Shown: positions 1 to 10,924 of the stretch, piece by piece
Layout of the letters: every line of letters starts with the position of its first letter
Numbering within the stretch: the first letter of the stretch is position 1
NCBI GenBank assembly: GCA_043228905.1
Contig: JBHGNT010000443.1
Coordinates: forward strand, 1 to 25,194
DNA: 25,194 nt
Direction: 5' to 3'
Source: Azolla caroliniana
Lineage: Eukaryota > Plantae > Polypodiophyta
Translations under genes and position numbers: made by a program
Notes under the pieces: generated by a model
The model's input: the letters and a program-made list of their open reading frames with translations, nothing else
What the model was told of the DNA's origin: nothing
The model's database searches: none

Positions 1-650
1 AGCATAGTGAAGGGGACAACACGCAAACGAACGCGCCGGTCGTGCGGAACAACGAATCACCTGCGGACATCACGTCGGCTCCGGTTCAGGGCAAACGAAC
101 AGAACCAAACATCCTGGACATTTTGGACGACGAATAGGAGGTGGGGTTCAACGTGCCACGACATTGTCCCACAGGCGTGCTAGGTGTTGTCCACCGGAAT
201 TGTAACTGCCAGATAGAACGCATGAAGAATAGAATATTGTATTAGAAGCGTTAAAGTAATGTTGTAACGGTTCACGCAAGCAACATAACCGATCAAAAGC
301 CCCGTGTATATAAAGGGCTGAAAACCAATGTATAGAGCTAGCGTATTGTATAGAGCTCCGTTTTAATATAGTGTTGTCTTCTCTTATATTATTCTTTGTT
401 GTGTAAGTATCTATTGTTCTAATGTTTCCTTGTCAAATACTGTGTATCAGTGAGCGTAGGGTAAGAGCGTGTGCGTAACTACGCACAGGTGAGGTTTGGT
501 TGTAGCTGTCTCCCGTTTACACCCTCTGATACGTCCTACTGCGTAAATCTGTTACGATCCTCTTACTATGCAGATCTATTCCTTGTACCACGATTGCCTT
601 GATATCTACCCCGAAGGACTGAGGGTAGGGTGTGTTCCCAACCGATTACA
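1..650. mobile_element. Possible LTR-retrotransposon LTR fragment; left end probably outside the window
   Basis: Non-coding, with short internal direct and inverted repeats (ggacaacac / gtgttgtcc / cattgtccc). TATATAAA at ~307 is followed by a T/GT-rich tract, and the segment ends in ...aaccgattaCA at 650. No PBS, TSD or second LTR is visible, so the call is weak. Confidence 0.3.
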
Positions 651-1633
651 CTACAAGTGGAGACCTTGATCAGTGGTCAGAAAAAAAACCACCAACTCGA
701 GAGCGCTCGGGCTCAAGAAACCAAAGAACAAACCCTATCAAGCAAAACCCCTAACCCTAAACCTCCCAATCATGGCTAAAACCTAACAGAGAAACCCAAG
801 ATTAGGATTCAAAATCCCCCAAACTGGAACAAAGAAGAAGAGCCTCGTCTCCTCCTTTTATAGTTCAAGAAGGGAGGACGGTTAGAACGTTGGTCAAATC
901 TTCCTTGCTTTTAGAGGAGATTTCTTGGCTTGTTTTCAAAAGTGATTGAAGAGGTACATTAAAACCCATTTACTTTCGCTACCCCACTACCCACTACGTC
1001 GTATGTCGTATGCATGTGCACTCATGTACATAACAAATTTATTTCTCACAAACTCCTTTATTTCTCTAGCACCCTTACATTTCCCTTATTCTCTTTTATT
1101 TCTATTTACAATTTCTTATGTGAATGTGCGAGTCGTTGCATGTCCCTGTTTTATATGCCTTATCCGATTTTCCCACTGTTGTTGTAAATCTTCATGACAC
1201 CGTAACCGTCCTTAACCTTTTCACATTTAGGTCATCCTAACCAGCCACTCTACAAAACTTTCTTATGGAGAGAATGTGCCAATCATTCACCAAAGCATGC
1301 TCGTTGGTGATGATGCTCAAAGCTTCCCCCATACGTTTATAAATACCAACTGAAGTCCCAACTAAAAATCACGAGAGATATAAAAACCAACCATGTGAAC
1401 CTTCATACAAGCATAGTAACATATTTCATGTATTGTTCCTAAAATGAAGCACAATAGGCACAACATAAAGCTAACTACGTCGATTTGTAAACAAGACTAT
1501 TATTTTTAACTCTAAAAGACCAAGTAGGTTTAGTTGAGAAATATATGAAACTATGCAATAAAACTTCAGAAGTAAGCTTTGTAAACCAATGCGAGAATGT
1601 TTCTACCAAAATCCTCCTTAGTAGGATATTAAT

Positions 1634-1780
1634 TTACTTTAGGTTAACGAGAGAGTGGAGTCCAATAAAGCAAGAGAGCTTGCAAGTGGAGCCACAGAGC
1701 TAATACCAAGTCCAATAGTTGTTGTCAAAATAGAAAAGAAAGATTAATATATGGAAGAGATTTATCTAGACTTGCTCGAT
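1634..1780 (-). pseudogene. Relic 3' fragment of a fourth TRN1-like copy (type B, like the 10925..14429 copy)
   Basis: 1655-1780 aligns by eye with 11215-11343 (gagct.gcaagtggagc.a.agag.taatacca...ttaatatatggaagag; LPYIN..LTT.IG.GI.S.APLAS). The flank 1404-1647 aligns with 10701-10937, including the stop-codon context (ccttagtaggatattaa.ttac). About 280 nt are deleted between the two blocks. Confidence 0.8.
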
Positions 1781-2275
1781 TCCTTGCGTGTAGGCATGTT
1801 TGTCAAGTCCGATAGTTATCTCTCTTGCATGGGCTATACTATACATGAAAACGATACCTAACCTTGGGACATATAAGTAACTATAACGAGGGAATGTTAA
1901 TATTCAATCGCAATCACAACAATTTTGTGCCACGTACACAACTTTTATGTTATACACCTAGTTTTGTTGATTTTTAAAGGAGCAAGTGTTAACGCCGAGA
2001 TGCAACGTCATTTCTTTAACATTTAATGCAAGAAGATGGATAAACATTCTAGTTAAAAATTCAATAAGAAACATTTTTGAATGAAGAAAAGAAATATGTC
2101 ATGTTCCATAAGAATATTTTGAAACTTCAAACATAAGCTTGGTTGGTCTCTATATAGAACACGAAAATTACTTTCAGTTGAGAAACTTGTTGGGTTTTCA
2201 TGCCAATGAGAGAATGTCACTATCCAAACGCATGCATGCACGCACACGGAAAAAATAAAAACAAATACTTTGATT

Positions 2276-5200
2276 TTAATTGAGTGGGAATGGTCGTTTT
2301 CCTTCATAATGTGTCTTGCATAACCATGCAACTTGAGTACCTCCATCAACTTTATTATCATAGCGGGCACGCCTCAACCGAAACCTCTCATAGATGTTTT
2401 CGTCTGTTACACCTCCATTTTCTGCCAGTATGGATGCCAAACATTTTTGCCATTCCTTGAAGTGCTGCTTTGCATCAAATTCAGATTTCATAATACTCGA
2501 TATAATAGAGTAACCTTTTGAAAGTTTTAGGTGGGGACTCCATTTAGGTAGCGAAAGCCCCGTTGAACTTAATATACCTACTCCAATAGCTTTAGTCAAA
2601 AGAAAAACGAAACAATTAATATAAGGAAGAGCTTTTTCTAGACTGTCTCGATGAGACTCTAACCAAGAGGTGAGGGTGATTCCATTTTGGTTTTCCACTT
2701 CATGTGGCCCGGTTGGATCCTCACAATATAAATGGAGTTCAACTATTGATATTCCTAACATTGAAGCCACAAATTTCTTTATATTCTTATCATCGATAGT
2801 TGTAAGGATGGGCACTTGAGGAAGTTGCTTCTCTGCCTCATTCTCCATAGCTAACCTCAATAACTTACATACAGATTTCTCAATGTTGGTTACAACATTT
2901 TTTCTCAAACATTGAAATTCTTGATGAAGTTCTCTCCTCATTTCATCCACTTTCCCTAAGACCTCACTATGATTGGTATCTAGCTTTTGACATAAAATTG
3001 AGATTACCTTTGCCATAACCTTGATAGATCGAACCTCAGCATCAGTTGCCTCCTCCAATATTTGATCCTCTAGATGTTGCAATAAACTATTTTCCAAGCT
3101 TTTGGTGGTCATATTTTGTTGGTATTGTTGTTCCGTAGATACATTGATTTCATCATTCTCAGCATACAAATATTCTGTCGTTTCCTTGAGCCATGCTTGA
3201 CATGACATAAGAACTTCCCTGTAACTCTCGGAACCAAGGAGATCAAGGAAATTGTTTTGTAGTGGATGAGGCGTTTGCCTTGCCCATTTCCATTCATAAG
3301 ATTCTGGCTCACCTTGTAAAAGCTTCCTTCTTAATTGTTCTTTTAAATAAATTATTTCCACACATTGATCTTCTCTATCTTGTGCTCTTGATGGATCATG
3401 TAAGGAGTCGGGTCGGATAACGCTCTCGATTAGCTTAACCCCTTGGATGCCAGTAGGTTGTGCACATATTGTAACCAAAGTGTTGATGACACACTTTAAT
3501 TCGATATCAACTAATGTTGTCGACGTATGATGTTGACTATTGTTTGGATTATTAGCCCGAACCAATACATCTATCACATGCTCTGATTTTGCTTGGCAGA
3601 ACACGACGATGATCTCCTTGTTCGGAAAGCAAATGGATATGAAATCTTTTCCTAACATGACATTAGCTTTATATTCCTCCTCGAGTGGTTGGAAGGCTTT
3701 GTTGAATAACACTTGAACCCTTGGAAACAATCCTGGTGTAAGGAAGGTGTGGTTCTTGTCTTCACACTCTAGCCTTCTACCCATATACACAAATGTATCA
3801 TCATCTACATTATGCTTGTTAGAAGATCTCCATTGGAGTTGCTGCAAACGTGACCCATCTGGCAATAAGGTTGGGATAAAGATATGATCCACGTTGCTAC
3901 TAGGGAGAAAAGGGTCTATGGTGACTCTGCAACATAGGTGCATTGCTTCCATCAAGTCCAAAAGTAAGGTGCCCTTCACTTTAGATCCAGCAACCGATTC
4001 CAAGCACTTCTCTAGGGAATTTCTAGGGGTGCATCCATTAGTAAATACAATGATACTCTTTGATGCTTTAGAGTTTGAGAAATTAATGAGGTTGCCCATG
4101 ACCTGATTGCAGAACCAATTGGGATTGAGAATGATGTGGCTGAAACCGTTTATGTATATGATGTTACCGGACTGGTTCAAACATAGGGCGATTGCCTTCA
4201 ATTTAGCATCCTTGTTAGGAAAATGGAATGAATAGCATATTTCGCAAAAATTCTCCCACGTGATGATTCCTTCATTTGTGTTCTTCGAATGCTTCGACAA
4301 CCGTTTCTGTATCTCTGTGCAAATGTTGTACACCTCAATACCTTGGAGCATGTCTTTGGCGATGTCGAAGATGCGCTGTGCTACAGGTTTGACGGAATCC
4401 TTCTTTCTGGCATCCACATCAAAAGGAGGATTGAAAATGTCAATCACCCCTTTAAAATCTGATCGAAGTGAATCAATGAGAGGTGAGAAAGTGCTTGAGA
4501 CACACACCGTTTGGTCCGCCCGTGTGAATACCACAATCACTCTGAGGGCAATGTTGGATTGTCTACTTTTGGAAGCAAGGAACCTGAGCCAGTACCTGAA
4601 GCTTGCTTCAAAGATCTTTTCATTTTTCACTGCTCCTTTCTTGCTACTTTTGCTGTTAATGGGACTCCAAACGAACATGAACATGGATGGGAGCTGATAA
4701 GAGCTGCTTCGTATGTCCGGGAACATGCAATCATGGAATGCGTGGAACTCTGATTGGCCTGCCATGTCCCACAGTGACAATCTAATTCCATCCTTTTTGA
4801 GGGTTCCGACCTCGATTCCCTGTGTTCGACCCTGCGTGGCAAACAGGGGGCTCATAAACTTATCTCTCTTACGTGTGCTATATATAGAACGCATGGTGGA
4901 TAAAAGGGTGGTCTTCCCTGCAAAAATCAAATCATGCACTGCAAGTGTTAGTGGTTAACATTTATGAATGTAGCATGTCAACTGATTTCAATGTTTGAGA
5001 GAGAGTCTGCTTTGCCTGCGAATGGATCTCCGCAGATGAACAATCGCATGGAAGTGGCAGGTACTCGCATCGAATCCAATCTCAACAAGAAATTGCGCCG
5101 GTTGCTTTTCAGCTGGACCTCCACGGCCGGGTTCCTTCTACTTATATGAACGTTTCCAAATTGAAAGAAAGGAAGGCCGGAGCGAGAAAGTGCATCCACT

Positions 5201-6168
5201 ACTGCAGCAGTAGATGATCTGCTTAAATCATCTTCGAACTCACCTAATTGAAGGCTGTATAATTGAGGAGGAGATGAATGGGAGGTGCTGCCAACTGTCT
5301 CCGCCCCTTTCTTTGGCAGAGCTAGGTGATCCATGAAATCCATTAGCTCTTCCTCTGTCATATCTTTGCTAGAACTGAATAGAGAGAGCTCTTGGAGTTG
5401 TGGCCAGTGGCGCAGGAAACCAGTGCTCCTTCTCCAGTCAATGGAGTGAAGGGAATTTATGTGCAGTCTGTGGAGAGAGGCTGCGAGGGGTGAATGTGAG
5501 GGATGAAGCTCCGCCAATTGCTCAACGTACTCGTGGGAAAATACATCGTGAAGGTGGAGGGTAGTGAGGGAGGTGAATTCGCGTAATACGTCTATGCACT
5601 CATCGCTAATCTCCATATACTGAAGAGAAAGATGGTTGAGGCGTTTGTTTTTCTTGAGGGCTCTCAAAAGAGCAGGAACATCTTTGGATGTACTTCTGTT
5701 GATGATGAGGCTGCTGGGGCCTGCATGACGATCTGCAGCGAGAGAGAGAGCCTCCACCCAACCCCTCTCCTCCTCTTCGCTGAGATCAATGTTGGTGAGA
5801 TGGACAGCTCGTCCGGTGAGATTGGCGGCAGCCGTGAGGATGACCATCCGTTGTTTTTCCGTTACAGTGGCATCTCCTAAATTAAGCATCATGTCCCTGC
5901 TCCCCCATTCCCAACGTCCATGTTTTGACCCATAAAATCTTGAATAGAGATCTTCTTCCAATATGGTATGGACCAGGAAGAGGTTCTCAGCATTGGGAAG
6001 ATTAATTAAGTCTAGATCATGAGTTACAGAGGTTGAGGTTGAGGTTGAGATTGAAGAGATGTTGTTGAGTAGAGCTGCTCGCGATTTCTCTACCGCTTCT
6101 CTGATCTCGTCATATTGCCACATCGTCTCGATGAATTTTTGAGGGGGTGAGAGCTGCTCCTCCTCCAT
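2276..6168 (-). CDS. TRN1-like: TORNADO1-like LRR-Roc-COR (ROCO family) protein; two exons join(6168..5016,4917..2276), 1264 aa, apparently intact
   Basis: The 396-aa and 887-aa ORFs join in frame across a 98-nt intron to give the P-loop RLFICGDPFAG|KTT. Roc motifs are G2 RTQGIE, G3 LWDMAGQSEFHAFH and G4 TRAD. COR-type motifs are ILNPNWFC, IFIPTLL and LTPGLFPRVQV. Exon 1 carries RI-like LRRs (LNHLSL, LTTLHL, LHRLHI, LQELSL, LYSLQL). The C-terminal LHLYCE..H and F.L.RARY..AWLCK.H match the plant TRN1 tail as I recall it. Orthology to TRN1 was not tested. Confidence 0.88.
4918..5015 (-). other. 98-nt phase-1 GC-AG intron inside the P-loop Gly codon
   Basis: Minus strand reads TTC GCA G|GCAAAG...cactaac...TTTTTGCAG|GG AAG ACC ACC. 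The paralogs have an intron at the same position (13611..13800, GT-AG; 24548..24628, GC-AG). Confidence 0.8.
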
Positions 6169-6247
6169 GGGAGACGATGAATTGAAAAAGAAGAGAAGAG
6201 AAGAGAAGAGAATGGACGGATTTAATAAAACAAGGACGAATGTAGAT

Positions 6248-6249
<2 letters not shown>

Positions 6250-6285
<36 letters not shown>
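6250..6285. repeat. (CT)18 microsatellite about 80 nt upstream of the intact gene's ATG
   Basis: Read directly from the sequence. Confidence 0.95.
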
Positions 6286-6286
<1 letters not shown>

Positions 6287-6344
6287 ATAGAAAGATGTGT
6301 GGACTGAGGTTTCTTTTTCCCTTTCCTTGTCCTCCATCCTATCC

Positions 6345-7325
6345 ATGGAGTATGGAGTAGTTAATATAAGGGGGAGATTTCTGATGGTCTCGTGTTATGT
6401 TGGTTGATGTTTCTCAGCAATCAATGTCTTGTATGAATGTTTCGGACGGAGATTAATTAAAGTTTCTCCATCCTATCATATGTCGTAGGGACATGTTTTG
6501 TTAGTTAAAGTTTCTCCATCCTATCCGTCTAATTCTTTTTGGTAGGGATATGTTTTGTTTCATACCATATGCTGTGGTGGTGTTATGGTGGTGTGAGCAT
6601 CATATTTGCCGGTGTTTGATATCCACATTATAATGTGGGATGTGTTTTAGTGGTTTATTTGGTGTTTATGAGGTATCATACGATGACTTGGTCATAGTAT
6701 GTGGTGTTGCTATTAGACTTAGTAAAATCATTACCACATAATATCACGCTTTTTGTTGTGTATTTAGTTCAATATTACGAAGATTATATAAAACACACCC
6801 AACACTTTTTGTTGTCTCCCTTCCCTTCGCTTCTATCGATTTGGTTGATCCGAGAAAAAGTCCATGCAAATTAACATCCACTTTTGGGGCCTTCCAAAAA
6901 GTTGACCTTTTTAATGCACCAAGGTGGATGGAAGTGTGGTAAGTTGACCTCTTCATTAGCTCGTTTCATGAAACACGGCTGAAACTATATTTCAATGGTT
7001 CAAGCGACAAAACATATTCAATATGAGTAAGAAAAAGACGAATTTCATTGATTGATGCACATGCCATTTGCAATTCCTCTTAGCATCTTCGTCTAATAGC
7101 AAAAGTCTCGGCATATTATATGTCTTTTTAGTTTAGCGCCATGTTTCCTTTTACTTGCATGACTTTTTGGTTAGCCTCTAAAGAAATTTGGATAAGATGT
7201 TGGTCATCTCGTGGTCATCTATAAAAAAAAGGATTGTGTATGTAACTAGAGGATAGAAATGTAGACAGAACTAAGGTTATTTTAAAGTTGTAAAATTAGG
7301 CCCAATATTAACATATACCATTGTA
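6345..7325. repeat. Duplicated upstream (promoter-side) block, copy 1; paralogous to ~14625-15655 and partly to 9661-10175
   Basis: Shared strings include ttaaagtttctc, ggtagggatatgttttgtttcatacc, tgcaaattaacatccacttt, gaaatttggataagat and tagaggatagaaatgtaga. Confidence 0.85.
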
Positions 7326-7331
7326 TTGTTG

Positions 7332-7489
7332 TGTAGTGAGCCAAGATTAGGAATAATTAATTAGTTAGTTGGAGTAACAACAAGAACATAATGTTTGTAA
7401 CTAAAACTATATTAAATGGAAACTAAGGAATGGACCAGAGGTCAAACTTTGAGTAATCTAGTGTATGTTACATTGGTGGAGATAACGGG
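7332..7489 (+). mobile_element. Truncated LTR element: short 5' LTR (~7332-7472) plus tRNA-Ala-type PBS
   Basis: TGTA...TACA is followed 1 nt later by TGGTGGAGATAACGGG (7474-7489). It begins where homology to the paralogous upstream block stops. No second LTR was found. Confidence 0.55.
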
Positions 7490-8154
7490 CTTTTGCCACG
7501 CCGACTGAGGAGGGTGTAGAGTACTCCAACCGACTTCTTGACGAGCACATAGAGCAGACTCTCCTTATCAAAAACCGATAATCACTCGGGTAACCGTCCA
7601 CAGCACAAAGATCTCATACACCATGCAGCAACCAAAGGGGGACAACACTGTCAACAAAATCACAAAATCACAAGAATGCCCCTTGGTAGTATACAACTTC
7701 CTATCACAAAGTTCTGGTACTTTTTGCAAAATTAGGGATATTCTCATATATATCCAAATAATTTAGGGTATTTTGATTGTTTAGGCCCAAGTTATCTTGG
7801 ATAAAGAGATTGCAACCCAATCAATAACATTGACATATTCATATAGCTTCAAGTCAGACTACAAAAGAATAGTAACAAAGGATGATTGCAACCTTCCTAG
7901 ACGGGGATGCTCCTCCAAGATAAACCCCCAGCATGGTATGCTATGACTTAGAAGACCCGCCTTCACCATATACTTTTGATCTTTCAATCTATTACAATTT
8001 TCAATGTCGATGCATAAGTGTTTTACTTGATACATAGATTTTTGTTCAAACTTGACAACTACAATTAGTCTAGGCTTTTAAGAATAGGATACATAGAAGT
8101 TATGTAGTACTTACAAATGCCATAATCCATCATCAGTAGAGTAATAAATGTCAA

Positions 8155-8505
8155 GGCCACAACATCCCATAGAATCAGCCAAGTGATGGCTGAATAGAGA
8201 GTAGAGTGGCATAGATAGGCTACATACACCTCGTCATGGCCACAACATCCCATAGACTCGGCCAAGTGATGGCTCAATAGAGAGAAGAGTGGCATACTCA
8301 ACATCATATGCAAAAGGGCCATGAGGTGAGCGTGTGTGATTAGGGCAAACACACTCGACCCAATGCACAACAATAATTAATATCGTAAGAGAAGGCTCAA
8401 GAGAGGGGAGCATAGGAGATACATCGCAATATACAAAAGGGCCATGAATTGAGCGTGTGCGATTAGTGCAAACACGCTCGGCCCGATGCACAATAATAAT
8501 TAAAA
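8155..8505. repeat. Nested degenerate tandem duplications (periods ~83 and ~123 nt), probably internal to the LTR element at 8724-9009
   Basis: ggccacaacatcccataga occurs at 8155 and 8238. caaaagggccatga..tgagcgtgtg.gattag.gcaaacac.ctcg occurs at 8311 and 8434. Confidence 0.8.
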
Positions 8506-8723
8506 TTGTATCGTGGTAGAAAGAAGAAAGAAAAGAAAAGAAAATGTAATACAAATTTGATTCGACCAACAAGAACCCATCATAGAAAGAAGAGAGATCA
8601 AGAAAGAAGAATACCGGGTTTAGAGTGTTGTTTTGATCCTGAGAAGAGCATGACGAGCCTTATTAGATCCCCATCGCTCACACGCAAAAAATATCAAAAC
8701 AACAAAAAAAATTGTTAGTAAAA

Positions 8724-9009
8724 GCTCTGATACCACTGTTAAGAGTCTATTACTAATCAATAGACCAAAGTAAAGTAAAAGAAGGAAAATAGATTGGATA
8801 GAAGAACATGTTCCACCCGAACACCCCCAAGCTATGATCTAGACATAGCCAACCTACCACCGACGTCCCATACCGCCCGATATTATGATGACTAATACCT
8901 TGGAAGAGATAAACACGATCGTCAAGACGAAAGCCTAGCCCGCACCACCGGTGTCTAAGGATCCTTGGCTCAACAAGGATGGAACAAAGTTCTTTCGTTA
9001 TTTTTAACA
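8724..9009 (-). mobile_element. 5' LTR (8737-9009, 273 bp) and tRNA-Met(i) PBS of a truncated LTR retrotransposon
   Basis: Terminal inverted repeats TGTTAA...TTAACA. On the minus strand the LTR end is followed after 1 nt by TGGTATCAGAGC (8735..8724), the canonical plant initiator-Met PBS. Confidence 0.8.
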
Positions 9010-9660
9010 ATCAATGTCAGTTGCTTATTTTCATGGGGATCAGTAATGTGGGGAGTGTTACATTCTAGTTTGATGTTGTATGAGGCAAACGATGTTCAAG
9101 AGGTAATGGTGATACATAATAGAAGATTGATATTGGTCAGCCCCTTTCAACAACCTCGAAAGCAGGTGCAATCTGTCCAGATATGGAAAACAGTGACTAC
9201 AATAACATTATGGGCATTATGGAAATGTCGATGCAACTAACGTTATGATGCGACATATCAGTGTCTCTTAGATGTCTTGTGTGAGATATGGGAGAACTTG
9301 CTAGCAGTAGTCTGCGGCCAGTATGACAACATGCAGGGTTCATCAGAGACTGTGAACAACAGAAAGAAGAAGCTCCTTCACTTATAGAGAAAGATACCCC
9401 TGTTTACAGAGTCAACTCAAGGGCCTCAATGGAACTATCAACTTCCATGGACCCTTTCTTGAATATCAGTGAAGCACGATAGAGTGCAACAATAAATTCC
9501 TAAACCTTTTACAAACCTCTAGCTTTGGTCTTAGGTTTACTGTATATCATTGTACATGAAAAATTGTAAGCTTTTGGGCACACAAACTTAAGTTGTAGCA
9601 TTCACATGTTTTTTCTTAATACTACTAATGACGAAAATCTTTGAAGGAAAAAAAAAAAAA
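9010..9660 (+). mobile_element. 5'-truncated L1-like LINE 3' end (ORF2 C-terminus, 3' UTR, poly(A))
   Basis: One frame reads IWKTVTTITLWALWKCRCN*RYD...EIWENL...PQWNYQLPW, resembling the W..W..RN motif of plant L1 ORF2 C-termini, with in-frame stops. It ends in A13 at 9648-9660, right where the host duplicated block resumes (gatgatacaaaacacatccc). Confidence 0.65.
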
Positions 9661-10700
9661 GATGATACAAAACACATCCCAACTACTTCTTGTTTACTCC
9701 ATTCCTATGGCTTTTTGGGCTCCACTTAGTTGACATTTCTCATGAACTTGGTTGATCCTAGAAAAATCGATGCAAATTAACATCCACTTTTTGGGCCTTC
9801 CAAAAAGTTGATCTTTTAATGCATTAAGGTGGGTGGAAGATTGGTTACTGTTGATACTTCATTCGAGTGTTTATTAAAATGTGGTTGAAACTTGAAACTA
9901 TATTTGAATGGTTCAAAAGACAAAAGAAATTCAATATGAGCGAGAAAAAGAAGAATTTAATTTATTGATGCACATGCTATTTGTAAATTGTAGCTCCTTT
10001 TACCATAGTCATCTTTTGTTAGTGTTGTGGGTTTACTTGAAATATAATTATTTGTGTTTTCAATTCATGACTTTTTTATTTTCCTTTAATGAAATTTGGA
10101 TAAGATGTAAGTAGAGGATAGAAATGTAGAATGCAAAGTTGTAAAATGAGACCCAATATTAACATATATCCTAGTACAATGCCCATTAAAAAGACAGACA
10201 TATATAAATTAGTGTGCAAAAAAGTTACAAATGGGTAGCAAAGAAAGCCTTTCAGTAATCCATTTGTGAAGTTTTTACATAAAATAAAATAAAACAAAAA
10301 CATGAAGAAATTCATCAATCTATTTAGCCAAACACAAGAAGAAGGATATGGTTTTAGGTCTAGTAATTGACCCTAAAAGAAATGTAAGACTGAATATGTG
10401 TAGCCCCGATAATTCAGATAAATAGGTTTAAAATAAAAAAATATAGGAAGAAAACAAAACTCATCTTCTTGAAGAAGTAGATCCGGAAGAGGAGGAAGAA
10501 GAAACATGAGGATGATTCACATGAAGTCTTGAGGCGTTTGGACCCAAGTGTGTGCAAAGGTGTTGGGACCTGAGCAAAGGTGAACAACACAAAGGTCTCC
10601 ATTGATGCTGTGAAATAGAGATGAAGATGAGATCATAGGAGGAAGAAGACGAAGCCATGAAATGATAGCAAAGACGAGTTCAAAGTTTAGCCATGGCCAA
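9661..10700. repeat. Duplicated upstream block, extra partial copy; paralogous to ~15116-16580
   Basis: gatgatacaaaacacatccc, aatgggtagcaa.ga.agcctttc, agtaattgaccctaaaagaaaa, tgttgggacctgagca and gaagccatgaaatgatagca are all shared with the 15-16.6 kb region. Confidence 0.85.
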
Positions 10701-10924
10701 CATACAACTCTAATAACATATTATTCCTAAAATAAAGTGCAACATGCCCAAGACAAAGCTAAATATATCGATTATTAAATCGAACAATTATTTTTAGGTC
10801 TAAAAGATCAAGTAGGTTTAGCTGAGAAATATATGAAAGTTTGCTGCAATAAAACTTCAAAAGTAGGCTTTGTAAACCAATAAGAGAATATTTCTACCTA
10901 AATCCTCCTTAGTAGGATATTAAC

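Noticed and set aside
730-790. Telomere-like ccctaaccctaaa / aaacccta
   Set aside because: Only 2-3 imperfect units are present. This is at most a telo-box-like motif, not a telomeric array.
3894-5880. Plus-strand ORFs recurring at equivalent places in each copy (also 12725-13627 and 23568-24588)
   Set aside because: They are antisense shadows of the conserved Roc-COR coding sequence.
2276-6168. Two separate adjacent genes (396 aa and 887 aa), as in a prokaryotic operon
   Set aside because: The 887-aa ORF starts at a GTG inside an intron. The P-loop is only complete after splicing, and the intron position is shared by all three paralogs.
8065-8572. 102-aa and 112-aa ORFs as gag
   Set aside because: They arise from tandem duplications and show no zinc knuckle or recognisable gag motif on the element's strand.
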